A stretch of DNA of 55,920 nt from Myxococcales bacterium (GTDB lineage Bacteria; Myxococcota_A; Polyangia; Haliangiales; Haliangiaceae), in contig JADJGV010000034.1 in assembly GCA_016707895.1 (NCBI GenBank), forward strand, positions 885,625-941,544. Direction: 5' to 3'. The notes beneath the pieces were generated by a model that saw only the letters and a program-made list of their open reading frames with translations, did no database searches and was not told the origin of the DNA. The position numbers were made by a program, and so were the translations under genes. Positions 9,634 to 19,832 of this stretch are shown here, in pieces (position 1 is the first letter of the stretch; every line of letters starts with the position of its first letter).

Positions 9634-12617
9634 CACCGGCCTCCCTTGGCCGCGTCGCCGACCAGCTGCATCTTCATCTCGCCGGCCGGGATCTCCATCG
9701 CGATCGTCCCGATGCCGATGCCGATGGCCGACAGCTCCACCGCGAGCGGCACCGCGGCGACGTTGGCCAGCGAGATCTGGATCCGGCCGTCGGCGGTGAA
9801 GGCGACCGGGCCGGCGACGTCGACGGTGATGGGCTTGCTCGCCAGGTCGTGGCCGGCCAGCCCGGCGAGCAGCTTCATGCTGGGCGCGTCGAGGTACAGC
9901 GGCAGGCGGGCCCGCAGCGCGGCCTGGCCGTCGGCGCCGACGACGATGTGGCTCATCAGGGGTTGCCCGGCCGGCGTGCGCAGCCGCAACACCAGCTGCT
10001 GGGTGCGCTGGTCCGACAGCGTGCCGATCACCGCGACCGTCGCGTTCATGCTGAGCGACGTCCCGTACAAGATCTGCGGCGACAGCTCGACCGGGATGCA
10101 AGCGGCGACGGTGGCGCCGTCGATCGTGCAGGCGTGCTGCAGCGTCCCCATCGTCACCGGCAGCGCGCCCGACAGGTACATGCAGGCCTCGCGGGCGGGC
10201 GTGCCCGGGACACAGTCGGGGCCGTTCAACGTCGCGCTGCGGACCATGCCGCTGGTGCCGACGATCCGCATCGCCGCGCGGTTGGTGCTGCTGGCCACCT
10301 CGCCCGCGTCGAGGACGCCGTTGCCGTTGCCGTCGGCGACCGGCCACGCGCGGGTGGTCATGGCGTAGCGATCGGCGCTGGCCGGCGCGGCGACGAACGG
10401 CAACACCAGGTCGGCGCCGCCGGCGTCGCCGCGGTCGGCCAGGCCGTCGAGGACGTCGCTGTTGAACGGCAGGCGGTTGCGCCCGCACAGCTCGCCGGCG
10501 TCGCAGTCGCCGTCGTCGCCGCCGTGGATCACGACCCGGTAGCGGGCGCCGGGCTCCCAGCCGCCGTCGGCGATGAAGCTCAGGCGGTCCTCGCCGACCA
10601 CCAGCCGGCCGCGCGCCACGCCGGTGCAGGCGCCGCTCGGGTCCAGGCGCTCGACGCGCACGCTGCCGGTGCCGCACGCCGTGCCCAGCGTGACGGTGCC
10701 GCGATCGAGCGGCTGCTGGAACGTGAGCTCGACCGGCAGGTCGGCCGCCAGCGCGAACGGCGCGTAGCGATCGTCGGACGACGCGCCGTCGCGGCACCGG
10801 CCGGGGCTGGTCGCGGTGGCGCCGTCGAGGGCGCACGGCACGCCGGGCCGCGCCGCGGCCAGCGCCAACGGCGCCGGGGCGCTGGTCGCCAGGTCGACGG
10901 TGCGGAAGCCGAGGCGGGTCGGCGCCGCGGCGGTGCCGGCCAGGTCGCGCACCATGCCGCTGACCTCGAGCGTGTAGGCGGCGCCGTACGCCAGCGGCTG
11001 GCGCGGCGTGACGATCAGCGTGCTGCCGTCGACCCGCACCCGCACCGGCACCGCGGCCGCGCCGGTCAGCGTGACCGCCCCGTCGCGCGTGGCCGCGGCG
11101 GCGTCGAGCCCCTCGGCGAACGTCACGCGCAGCGCGGCGTCGGCGGGGACGTCGCGAGCGCCGTCGGCCGGGAACGTCGACGTGACGCGCGGCGGGGCGT
11201 CGTCGCCCGGCGCGGCGCGCGCGGTGGTGGTGCTGAGCCGCAGCACCATGTTCGACGTCGCGCGATCGAGGCCGAGCAGGTCGAGGTCGAGGCCGCCGAC
11301 GCTGTCGATCTCCAGTCCGCCGTCGTAGATGCGGGCCAGGCCGGTCGCCTGCACGCCGAGCACCTGCTGGTTCAGCGCGGCGTTGCCGACGGCGTCGGAC
11401 GCGGTCACGACGACGTCGAACGCGAGGTAGGCCGCGACCGGCGCGAGTTCGTCGTCGGGGAGCCGCGCGGGATCGCGGAACGGGTTGCGCGCCAGATAGA
11501 CGGTGGCGTCGGCGGCCATCTGGACCTGCAGCGGGCCGGTGGTGAGCGGCGTGGCGATCTCGCCGCCGAGCTTCACCGGCAAGGGTTGCATCGTCAGGCG
11601 TTGGCCCTTGCGCAGGGTCAGCGGGATGAGCGGCCCGAACCCGGCCGGGTTGGCCATCACCGCGGCGAGCGTGTTGTCGACCATCGCGATCGTTGCGTCG
11701 CCGATCAGCGGCGCGGTCAGCTCGACCTGGTTGATGAAGCCGCCGGCGGCGTACGACGGCTCGCGGCCGGGGATGCACGCCAGCACCTGCGCGAGCTCGC
11801 GGCCCCCGACCCGCGACGGCAGCGGCGCCAGCTCGAACGCCACCGGCGCCAGCGCGTCGCCGCTCAGATCGTGCAGCCCCGCGCCGAGCTCGAGCCGGTA
11901 GCGCGGGCTGTTGGTCAGGTCGGCGACCGGATCGATCGTGAGGTGCGGCCCCTGGGTCAGCAGCGCGGCCTCGACCAGCGCGCCGTCGGCGTCGACCAGC
12001 CGGACGGTGTCGCCGTAGACGGCGGTGGCGGGATCGAGCGGCTCGCTGAGCGCGACGCGGATCGTCGTGAAGTCGACGAACGGGAAGCGCGGCGTCGCGC
12101 CGCTGCCGGCGACGTACGCGGCCGGGTCGTCGCCGTTGACGGCGATCACCGTCGGGGCGCGGCCGCCCAGCGACGTCGGGTTGCCGGCGGTGAACCGCAC
12201 GAGCGGCGCCGCCGCGTCGAGGTTCGTCGCCTTGCCCCACAGCACCGCCGGTCGGACGAACACCTCGTACGTCGCGCCAGCCTCCCAGGCCGCGCTCTCC
12301 AGGAGCACCACGTTGTCCTTGGGCCCGGCGACCAGCACCGGCGTCGCCACCAGGCCGCCCGGGCCACGGACGCAGAACGCACCGACGACGCCGCCGTCGG
12401 CGCCGAGCGAGCACCCCGCCGTCACCGCCGCCACGTCGACCGGGTCGGTGAAGCTCACGACCAGCCGGGCGCCCAGCGGGACGTCGCGCTGGCCGTCGTG
12501 GGGATAGCTGAAGATCACGCCCGGCTCGCTGGTCAGCGGCGGCGGGCCGTCCTCCCCGACCTCGCAGCCGGCGGTGGCGATCAGGACGGCAGGCCAGAGA
12601 CGACGCCAGTGGACCAT
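9633..12617 (-). CDS. large secreted lipoprotein with SbsA-type Ig-like domains (994 aa)
   Basis: Signal MVHWRRLWPAVLIATAGC (lipobox). Repeated FSYPHDGQRDVP..VSFTDPVD and TSTFPADGARDVPADAALRVTF modules resemble SbsA Ig-like domains. Long beta-rich body with many Cys. Confidence 0.65.
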   Translation of the reverse strand: MVHWRRLWPAVLIATAGCEVGEDGPPPLTSEPGVIFSYPHDGQRDVPLGARLVVSFTDPVDVAAVTAGCSLGADGGVVGAFCVRGPGGLVATPVLVAGPKDNVVLLESAAWEAGATYEVFVRPAVLWGKATNLDAAAPLVRFTAGNPTSLGGRAPTVIAVNGDDPAAYVAGSGATPRFPFVDFTTIRVALSEPLDPATAVYGDTVRLVDADGALVEAALLTQGPHLTIDPVADLTNSPRYRLELGAGLHDLSGDALAPVAFELAPLPSRVGGRELAQVLACIPGREPSYAAGGFINQVELTAPLIGDATIAMVDNTLAAVMANPAGFGPLIPLTLRKGQRLTMQPLPVKLGGEIATPLTTGPLQVQMAADATVYLARNPFRDPARLPDDELAPVAAYLAFDVVVTASDAVGNAALNQQVLGVQATGLARIYDGGLEIDSVGGLDLDLLGLDRATSNMVLRLSTTTARAAPGDDAPPRVTSTFPADGARDVPADAALRVTFAEGLDAAAATRDGAVTLTGAAAVPVRVRVDGSTLIVTPRQPLAYGAAYTLEVSGMVRDLAGTAAAPTRLGFRTVDLATSAPAPLALAAARPGVPCALDGATATSPGRCRDGASSDDRYAPFALAADLPVELTFQQPLDRGTVTLGTACGTGSVRVERLDPSGACTGVARGRLVVGEDRLSFIADGGWEPGARYRVVIHGGDDGDCDAGELCGRNRLPFNSDVLDGLADRGDAGGADLVLPFVAAPASADRYAMTTRAWPVADGNGNGVLDAGEVASSTNRAAMRIVGTSGMVRSATLNGPDCVPGTPAREACMYLSGALPVTMGTLQHACTIDGATVAACIPVELSPQILYGTSLSMNATVAVIGTLSDQRTQQLVLRLRTPAGQPLMSHIVVGADGQAALRARLPLYLDAPSMKLLAGLAGHDLASKPITVDVAGPVAFTADGRIQISLANVAAVPLAVELSAIGIGIGTIAMEIPAGEMKMQLVGDAAKGGR

Positions 12618-12836
12618 GACGCTCCTCGAGGCAGACGCGCAGCGGCGCGACCGGATCGTCGCGAGGTGCCGCCGCCGCCACGGGCGGTCATTGCACGGCC
12701 CGATCCAGCCGACCGCAGGGCGCCGGCCGCCGTGTTCCAGGCGGTTGCGCGCGGTGGGAACTACCGTGCGGGGAGTGGCGTCCGGGCGCTGAGGACTTGG
12801 CCCCCCATGGCGTCAGTTGCCCCCAGCGTCGCGCGG

Positions 12837-13625
12837 TCAGCGCCGGGCGCCGCTGAGCCAGTCGCGGCACAGATCGATCGCGGCCTGGCCGGCGATCGCG
12901 CGCAGCAGCCGCGCGGCGCGGGGATCGGCGAGCCGACGGTAGATCGGGGTCGCGTGGTCACCCGGCGCCGACGGCGCGCGGCGCGCGCGCGCGACGCTCC
13001 GGTGGAGGCCTGCGTTCCAGGCCCGCACGCAGGCCGGTCGATCCCGCGCGTCGATCGGGTTCGGCGTTGGCTGCGCCGGCGCCCCAGGTTCGCCGGCGCG
13101 CGCGAACAGCGGCGCCGCTTCCGCCGCGTGCCCGAGCGCCACCAGCCGCGCGGCGAGCGCCGACGTCGCGTGCCGCGCCTCCTCGCCCCAGCTCGCTGCG
13201 CGCATGCGCTCGACGATGGCGACCGCGCGCCGGGTCTGCGCCAGCGACAGCGCGCCGGCCACGTCGCAGAACGGGCCGGCGTCGTTGCCGGGCCCGAGCG
13301 GCGTCGGGATCAGCCGCTCGAAGGCGTCGATCGCCAGGTCGAGGACGCGCGCGCGCTCGGCGCGCGGGAGCCGCGGGGCCCACCACCCGAGGCGCCAGCC
13401 GGCGAAGTCGCTCGGGGTCGCCAGCTCGCGCGCGATCTCGGCCCGCGTCCACGCCGCGTCCCACAGCCACTCGGGGATCCACCCGCGCGGCACCGGCGCG
13501 AACAGCGCCATCGCGCGCGCCGCGCGGAGCTGTCGATCGAGCGCGTCCAGGCGGGCCCGCGCGCGCACGGCGCCCGCCAGGTCGCGCGACGCGCGGCGCA
13601 GTTCCTCGACGTGGGCGGCCGCCAC
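12837..13625 (-). CDS. hypothetical protein (~263 aa; GTG start inferred)
   Basis: The ORF shares its frame with junk upstream. A GTG at 13625 sits 8 nt after the stop of the preceding gene. Trp-rich (WIPEWLWDAAW). Confidence 0.4.
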   Translation of the reverse strand: MAAAHVEELRRASRDLAGAVRARARLDALDRQLRAARAMALFAPVPRGWIPEWLWDAAWTRAEIARELATPSDFAGWRLGWWAPRLPRAERARVLDLAIDAFERLIPTPLGPGNDAGPFCDVAGALSLAQTRRAVAIVERMRAASWGEEARHATSALAARLVALGHAAEAAPLFARAGEPGAPAQPTPNPIDARDRPACVRAWNAGLHRSVARARRAPSAPGDHATPIYRRLADPRAARLLRAIAGQAAIDLCRDWLSGARR

Positions 13626-13632
13626 GGGGGAG

Positions 13633-14133
13633 TCAGTCGCTCTCGATGACGCCGAGGTAGCCGGCGCGGCTGTGGTCGACGACGGCGACCCCGCGCTGGA
13701 AGACGTGGGCAGGATCGCCGAGCCCAAGGCCGATGAAGCAGCGCGCCGACGGCGAGAACAGCGCCCGGAATTGCGTCCACAGCGACGCTGCGGTCGCCGG
13801 CGCGATCGTGTCGCGGGCGTGGCCCACGTCGGCGCCGCCGACCAGCATCGCGACCGCGTGCGCGGCGGCGGTGGCCTCGTCGACCTGGCAGTCGGCGCCG
13901 GGGTCGGCCGGGCGCTCGCTCGGTGGCGGCCAGGGTTGGTCGTCGAGCTGTTCGAACAGCCGGTCGAGGCGGGGCGCGTCGTCGACGCCGGCGACCGGGT
14001 CGGCGGCGATCAGCCGGGTCAGGTAGTAGCCGTGCATCCGTGGGGCCTGCGCGAGCAGCGCGCGGATCGCGGCGAGCGCAGGCGCGTCGAGCTCATCGAG
14101 GCGTGGGGCGGCGGTCGGCGCGTTGCGCGACAT
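13633..14133 (-). CDS. hypothetical protein (166 aa)
   Basis: ORF starts 7 nt downstream of the tetR stop, so it is operon-like. No known motif. Confidence 0.4.
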   Translation of the reverse strand: MSRNAPTAAPRLDELDAPALAAIRALLAQAPRMHGYYLTRLIAADPVAGVDDAPRLDRLFEQLDDQPWPPPSERPADPGADCQVDEATAAAHAVAMLVGGADVGHARDTIAPATAASLWTQFRALFSPSARCFIGLGLGDPAHVFQRGVAVVDHSRAGYLGVIESD

Positions 14134-14139
14134 GGCGTC

Positions 14140-14754
14140 CTACGGCGCCTCAGGGCCGATGCCGAGCGTCTGCACGACGCACCGGGACACCTGCGCGATC
14201 AGGCGGTCCTCGGGCGGCCCGAGATCGGGGAACATCAGCGACACCAGCACGGCGCCACGCACCGCCGCGAACGCGACGTAGACCCGCTCCTCGAGATCGG
14301 GCGGGCGGACCGGCAGGCTCCGCTCGAGGTAGCGGACGACCTCGCTCAGGATCTCGCGGTAGGCGGCCTCGGCGACGTCGCGCGACCACTCGAGCGGCAC
14401 GTCGAAGGTGAGGCGGCGGCGATGCGCGATCGGGAGCCGAGGCTCGGTGAGCACGACGCGGCAGATCTCGAGGGTCGCCTCGGCCACCGGCAGGTCCGGG
14501 CGGCTGGTGATCTCGCGGACCTGCCGCAGCAGCGTCCGGTACATCTCGCGCGAGACCTCGGCGAACAGCGCGGCCGTGGTCGGGAAGTAGCGGTGCAGCG
14601 AGGCGACGCCGACCCCCGCGCGCTCGGCGATCGCCGCCAGCGGCGTGTCGGGGCCCAGCTCGATCGCCGCGGCGATCACTGCCGACACGATCTGCTGCGA
14701 GTCGGACCGCCGGGGTGCGGGCGCGGGCGGGCGCTTGATCAACGAGCGAGCCAA
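14140..14754 (-). CDS. TetR-family transcriptional regulator
   Basis: N-terminal HTH: AIAERAGVGVASLHRYFPTTAALFAEV. Total length is about 200 aa. Confidence 0.7.
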   Translation of the reverse strand: MARSLIKRPPAPAPRRSDSQQIVSAVIAAAIELGPDTPLAAIAERAGVGVASLHRYFPTTAALFAEVSREMYRTLLRQVREITSRPDLPVAEATLEICRVVLTEPRLPIAHRRRLTFDVPLEWSRDVAEAAYREILSEVVRYLERSLPVRPPDLEERVYVAFAAVRGAVLVSLMFPDLGPPEDRLIAQVSRCVVQTLGIGPEAP

Positions 14755-14804
14755 CGCCCGACGCTATCATGGCGGGCGCGCGCGCCGCGTCGTCGCGCGC
14801 GACG

Positions 14805-16166
14805 CTACGGCGGCGGGGGACAGGTCGTGGCCTGATCGCCGACGTTGGCGACCGCGCCGATCGCGGTGACGGCTTCGTGGAACAGCGCGATCGGCGCGCT
14901 GGTCGCCAGGGTGGCCGCGGTCGCGGCCATCGTGGCGGGCGCTCGCGCCACCGTGAACGGCACGCCACAGGTCGCGGTGGCGTCCTCGCCGAGCGGGATC
15001 GCGCGCGCGCTGGTGCCCACGCGGCCGACCAGGTACGGCACCGCGTCGCCGAGCCCGAGCGGCAGCGGCGCGCGCAACGGCTGCGACGGCGTGAGCCCGG
15101 CGAGGTCGGTGCCGGTGACGCAGTCGCCGGCGAGGGTCGCGACGAACACGCCGGTGCCGGTCGCGCCGGCGAGCCAGGTGGTCGCGCCGCGACGGTCGAC
15201 GCGGTGCAGCGGCCGGAGCGGCACGCGCCACGACGCGTGGAGTTGCCCGACGCTGTCGAAGCGGAGCAAGACGCCGTCGGCGCCGGCGTTGCCGGCCACC
15301 CACAGGCTCTCGTCGAACCACGCCGCGTCGAACACCTCCATCGGCACCGTCACCGCCCAGCTCGCGTCGCCGTCCCCGGGCGCGCTGTCGATCCGCGCGA
15401 CGAAGGCGGTCTCGGTGCCTCCGCCGACCTGGCCCACCACGAACGGCGCGAAGCTGTCGCCCGGCGCATCGACGACGCGCCGGGGCAACGGCCGGCCCCC
15501 GTCGATCGTGAAGCCGATCCCCGGCAGGTTGGTCGCGGCCGGGGCCAGCCGCGCGAGCAGGCCGTCGCCGTCGCCCGCCGTCCCCGCGAGCCACCACTCA
15601 CCGGCGGTCGCGACGGCGACCGCGCGGATCTGGATCGCCATCCCCGCCCGCAACCGGCGGCTGGTCATCGCGCCGGCCGGGTCGATCCGGAGCAGCAGGC
15701 CCTCGTCGAGGCCCGAGGTCTGGAACGACCGGGTCACGCCGCCAGCCAGGAGCTCGGTGCCGGTGCTCGCGACCGCCCACAGTTGATCGTTCGCGTCGCC
15801 GCCGATGGAGCGCGTCGCCCAGGTCGCGCCGCTGGTGGCGGGCAACGCGATCGCCGCGAGCGCGCCGTCGGTGCCACGGCTGTCGTGCGTGCCGACCAGG
15901 AACACGCGGCTCCCGAACCTGGCCGCCCCGGCCACGCCCCGCGCGAACACGCCGTCGATCGCCGCGCTGCCGGCGACGTCCGCGGCGACGACGGGCTCGC
16001 ACGCCTCCGCACCGTCGATCGGATCGATCGACGCGTCGCCCTGCAGCGCGACCGGATCGAGCCCGAACGCCTGGTTGCACGCGCCGGCGAGCCACGCCGC
16101 GCAGGCGATCGCGACGCGCAGCGAGGAGCGAGGGGGCGGTGGCGTTTGGACGGTTGCGGCGACCAT
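14805..16166 (-). CDS. secreted lipoprotein, beta-propeller-like, unknown function (453 aa)
   Basis: Signal ...LRVAIACAAWLAGAC (lipobox). Gly/Thr/Ala-rich beta-strand repeats (WLAGTAGDGDGLLAR, WVAGNAGADGVLLRF). Confidence 0.5.
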   Translation of the reverse strand: MVAATVQTPPPPRSSLRVAIACAAWLAGACNQAFGLDPVALQGDASIDPIDGAEACEPVVAADVAGSAAIDGVFARGVAGAARFGSRVFLVGTHDSRGTDGALAAIALPATSGATWATRSIGGDANDQLWAVASTGTELLAGGVTRSFQTSGLDEGLLLRIDPAGAMTSRRLRAGMAIQIRAVAVATAGEWWLAGTAGDGDGLLARLAPAATNLPGIGFTIDGGRPLPRRVVDAPGDSFAPFVVGQVGGGTETAFVARIDSAPGDGDASWAVTVPMEVFDAAWFDESLWVAGNAGADGVLLRFDSVGQLHASWRVPLRPLHRVDRRGATTWLAGATGTGVFVATLAGDCVTGTDLAGLTPSQPLRAPLPLGLGDAVPYLVGRVGTSARAIPLGEDATATCGVPFTVARAPATMAATAATLATSAPIALFHEAVTAIGAVANVGDQATTCPPPP

Positions 16167-16365
16167 GGTGGCGGCGCCTCGCGCGGTGATCCGCGCGGTG
16201 GCCCGGCCCGCACGTTAGCCGCGCGGCCCGCGCCGCTCTACTCCTCTCGCCGAGCGCGCAACGCGCGAAGATCGTTGCCGTTGCGCAGCGTGGCCTCGTG
16301 CACGACTCCGCTGCCGCGCCGCGCCGATCAGCCGCGCCGCGGGATATCCTCGGGCGTGGCCAAGC

Positions 16366-17285
16366 CGCTCGCAGGGAAGGTCGCCGTCGTCGCCGGAGCC
16401 ACCCGCGGCGCCGGGCGTGGCATCGCCACCGCGCTCGGCGAGGCCGGCGCCACGGTCTATTGCACCGGGCGCAGCGTCGCCGGCGCGCCGGGCATGCAGG
16501 GCCGCCCCGAGACCATCGACGAGACCGCGGCGATCGTCACCGCCCGCGGCGGCCACGGCATCGCGGTGCGCGTGGATCACACGGTGCCGGCCGAAGCCGC
16601 CGGCCTGTTCGAGCGGGTCGGCGCGTTCGACATCCTGGTGAACGACATCTGGGGCGGCGACGACCTGGTCGAGTGGGGCAAGCGGCTGTGGGAGACCAAG
16701 CTCGACGACGGGCTCACGCTGATCGATCGCGCGATCAAGAGCCACGTCATCACCAGCTACCACGGCCTGCCGCGGCTCCGGCGCGGCGGCGTGGTCTTCG
16801 AGATCACCGACGGCGACGCGTACTTCTACCGCGGCCACTTCTTCTACGACCTCGTGAAGACGACGGTCATCCGCATGGCGTTCGCGCTGTCGCAGGAGCT
16901 GCAGGGGCGCGACGTCACGGCGCTCGCGGTGACGCCCGGCTTCCTGCGGTCGGAGTGGATGCTCGATCACTTCGGTGTCACCGAGGCCACCTGGCGCGAC
17001 GCCGCGGTCAAGGTCCCGGAGTTCATCGCCTCGGAGACCCCGCTGTTCGTCGGGCGGTGCGTCGCCGCGCTGGCGGCCGATCCTGCGATCGCCGCCCGGA
17101 ACGGCCGGGTCTACGCGTCGTGGGACCTCGCCGAGGAGTACGGGGTCGACGACGCCGACGGCTCGCGGCCGCACTTCGTGCGCTGGCTCCGCGAGCACAT
17201 GCCCGCGGTCGCCGCCGGCTGGAAGAAGGCCGACGACGGCTTCTACGCCTACTGGGGCAAGATGCCGTACGCCACGCCGACGTAG
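16366..17285 (+). CDS. SDR-family oxidoreductase (GTG start)
   Basis: Rossmann dinucleotide loop KVAVVAGATRGAGRGIA. The ORF track fuses this to upstream junk. A GTG at 16366 gives a ~306-aa SDR-sized protein. Confidence 0.6.
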
Positions 17286-17315
17286 CCGCGCGCGCGACCG
17301 TCGACCGTCCGCGGC

Positions 17316-17525
17316 TCAGGCGATCTTGACGACGTTCTCGGCGGCCGGCCCCTTGGCGCCCGACACGATGTCGAACTCGACGCGCTCACCCTCGGCCAGG
17401 CTCTTGAAGCCCGTCGCCTGGATCGCCGAGTGGTGCACGAAGCAATCCTTCGAGCCGTCCTCCGGCGTGATGAACCCAAAGCCCTTGGTGTCGTTGAACC
17501 ACTTCACTCGTCCGGTGGTGCGCAT
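17316..17525 (-). CDS. cspA: cold-shock protein (CspA family)
   Basis: 69 aa. [32 protein letters not shown]...[26 protein letters not shown] carries the RNP1/RNP2 motifs. Confidence 0.9.
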   Translation of the reverse strand: MRTTGRVKWFNDTKGFGFITPEDGSKDCFVHHSAIQATGFKSLAEGERVEFDIVSGAKGPAAENVVKIA

Positions 17526-17595
17526 GCCGTACTCTCGTCGCTCCGGCGGCGTTTGCCCAGCGCCCGCGGCACCAAGTCGACGCAGTCGCGCCGCG

Positions 17596-19821
17596 CTACC
17601 CGGCCGCGAGGTCGCCGGTGGCCCAGCCGGTGAAGACCCGCGCGCCGGCGGCGGCGAACGCGGGGTCGTCCGACGCGACGCCCGCCGCGGCCAGCTCGAG
17701 CCCGCGCAGGTACGGCGCCAGGCGTGCGGCGAGCCCGCCGTCGACCGTCGCGACCTGCGCGCGGGCCCACGGGCCGAAAGCCGCCGCGCGATCGGACAGC
17801 GCCAGGTAGAACACCAGCTGCCGCCAGGCGTACGCGGCGTTCTTGCGGCGGATCAACGCCTCGTGACGGGTCCGGGTCGGGATGCGCAGCTCGCGGACGA
17901 TCCAGCGCCACGTCCGCTCGGCGAGCGCGCCGAGCTCCGGCGCCAGCGCCGCTCGCGCCGCCGGCTGCGCGAACACCAGCGCCAGGTTGTGGGTCGTGAG
18001 GATCTGGCTCTGCTCGATGATCGCGCCGTTGCCCGCGACGCCGCTGAGCGACGGCGCGATCCGCGCGGCGCGGTCGCGGCACAGCGCGGCAAACGCGTCG
18101 GCGAGGCGGCCCGAGGTCGGCAAGGTCGCGACCGCGCGCGCGTCGATCGCGAAGTAGCGCGCGTACAGCGTGCCGGTGAACACCTCCGCCGCCAGGCGGG
18201 CCGACTTCGCGAACTTCTCGGTGAACGAGCCCATGAAGATGTCGGCCGCCAGCTCTTCGACGAACGGCGGCCGGGTCGGCGCGGTGCCCGCGAGCGCGGC
18301 GAGCTCGACGATCAGCTTGTTGGGCATGATCGTGTGCGGGAAGCCGCGCACCGCCGCGGCGCCGACCTGGCTGAACACCGCGGTCGCGACGTCGTGGAGC
18401 GCCGCCGGCTCGCCCGCGCGTGCCACCAGGGTCGCGATCCACGGCACCTCCTCGAGCCGCACCTGGTGCTGGTAGTGCAGGAGCAGGAGCCCGCGGCGGG
18501 CCCGGAACGCGGCGTACAGCGCGGTGTAAAGCGCGCGCGCCGTCGGATCGGCGAACGCCACGGCGCGGACCTGCGCGGTCACCTGCTGGACGACCCGCGC
18601 GAGCTCCTCGGCCGACGGGATCACGCCGCGATCGACCAGGGTATCGAGCGGCGCGTCCCAGCTCCGCGCGACCTTGGCGGCGAAGTAGCTCGGCAGCGCC
18701 GCGCCGGGCGGCACGCGGAAGCGCGCGGCCTCGGTGGCGTCGAGCGGGGCCATCACGTCCTCGAGCGCGAGCCCGCCGTCGCGGGGCAGGGCGCTCAGCC
18801 GGTCCACCAGCGCGCGGCGCAGCGTCTTGTGCAACGGCGCGGCCACCGCGCGGGCCTCGTCGGCGCGGCGCGCGGCCAGCGCCGCGCTCCCCGGGGCGCC
18901 GTGGGCGGTCACGTAGCAGGCCAGCGCCCGCCGGAGCGACGCGTCCGCGGCCAGCGCGTCGCGATCGTCCGCGCCGCGGGCCAGCCGGTCGACCACGCCG
19001 GCGACCTCGCGCGCCCGCCGCGTCGGCGGCGCGCCCGCGCGCCGGACCTCGGCCGCCAGCGCCGCTACCTCGGCGTCCCAGCCGGTGGGGCGTCGGCCGC
19101 CGAGCGCGGCGCCGTGGACCGCGCCGTCGACCAGCCGCGGCAGCGGGCCGTCGACGGTCGCGGCCAGGAGCGCCATGGCGCGATCGCGGAGCGGCGTCCA
19201 CACCTGCAGCGCGGCGTGCTGGGCTTCGAGGCGGGTCTGGCGGCGCGCGACGTCGAGCCCGTCCACCGTCGGGCCGACGTCCTGCAACCGCACGCCGCGG
19301 GCCAGCGGGCGCGGGCCGTCGGCCGGGCGCGGATAGAACCGCAGCGCGTGCATCCACGGCGCGAGGATCGCCAGGAGCGGGCCGCTGCCGTCGAGCCCGT
19401 GGGCCCGCAGCCACGCCACGACCAAGAGCGCGCCCTCCTCGGGCACGTCGATGCGATACGCGCCGCTGGCCAGGAGCTCGGCTGCGCGCCCCTCGAGGTG
19501 CGCCAGGTTGAGCGCGAGCCGGGTCGCCGGCACGCGCAGCGCGGCGGCCAGCGCGACCTCCCACGGCGCCAGCGGGCCGCCCGCGTGGTAGCCGCCGGTC
19601 GCGAAGCCGCCGGTGACGACCTCGAGCGTGACCCACGCCGGCGCCGCGGTCGGCGTGCGCGAGCCGACCGCGATCGACCCGTCGCGCATCCCGGCCAGCA
19701 CCGCGCGCCAGCGCGCGACCTCGGCCGCGGCCCGGTCGCGCACCGCCGGATCGGCGTGCGCGCTGCTGGTCCGCTCGGCAGCGACCAGCTGACTCCATGC
19801 GTATTCGATGCTCACGTCCAT
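17596..19821 (-). CDS. large alpha-helical hypothetical protein (741 aa)
   Basis: Long intact ORF, Ala/Leu/Arg-rich but with W/Y/F/H spread throughout. No identifiable catalytic motif. Start codon lies 12 nt after the tRNA-like element. Confidence 0.5.
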   Translation of the reverse strand: MDVSIEYAWSQLVAAERTSSAHADPAVRDRAAAEVARWRAVLAGMRDGSIAVGSRTPTAAPAWVTLEVVTGGFATGGYHAGGPLAPWEVALAAALRVPATRLALNLAHLEGRAAELLASGAYRIDVPEEGALLVVAWLRAHGLDGSGPLLAILAPWMHALRFYPRPADGPRPLARGVRLQDVGPTVDGLDVARRQTRLEAQHAALQVWTPLRDRAMALLAATVDGPLPRLVDGAVHGAALGGRRPTGWDAEVAALAAEVRRAGAPPTRRAREVAGVVDRLARGADDRDALAADASLRRALACYVTAHGAPGSAALAARRADEARAVAAPLHKTLRRALVDRLSALPRDGGLALEDVMAPLDATEAARFRVPPGAALPSYFAAKVARSWDAPLDTLVDRGVIPSAEELARVVQQVTAQVRAVAFADPTARALYTALYAAFRARRGLLLLHYQHQVRLEEVPWIATLVARAGEPAALHDVATAVFSQVGAAAVRGFPHTIMPNKLIVELAALAGTAPTRPPFVEELAADIFMGSFTEKFAKSARLAAEVFTGTLYARYFAIDARAVATLPTSGRLADAFAALCRDRAARIAPSLSGVAGNGAIIEQSQILTTHNLALVFAQPAARAALAPELGALAERTWRWIVRELRIPTRTRHEALIRRKNAAYAWRQLVFYLALSDRAAAFGPWARAQVATVDGGLAARLAPYLRGLELAAAGVASDDPAFAAAGARVFTGWATGDLAAG

Positions 19822-19832
19822 GACAGGCCTCG

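Noticed and set aside
8704-12681. 1325-aa ORF spanning the OmpW-like gene and the big lipoprotein
   Set aside because: Only its last 309 codons (the OmpW-like gene) look like protein. Upstream it is Arg/Pro/Gly-rich with no stops, as expected for an off-frame read of GC-rich DNA. The real upstream gene is the 9633-12617 frame.
9849-13649. 1266-aa plus-strand ORF
   Set aside because: Antisense to the 994-aa lipoprotein and neighbours. Composition is dominated by R, A, G, D, V runs (RRRR, GGGG) and it has no signal or motif. It is a high-GC artefact.
14769-17285. 838-aa plus-strand ORF
   Set aside because: Only the last ~306 codons (the SDR oxidoreductase, GTG start at 16366) are credible. 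Upstream it runs antisense through the 14805-16166 lipoprotein gene.
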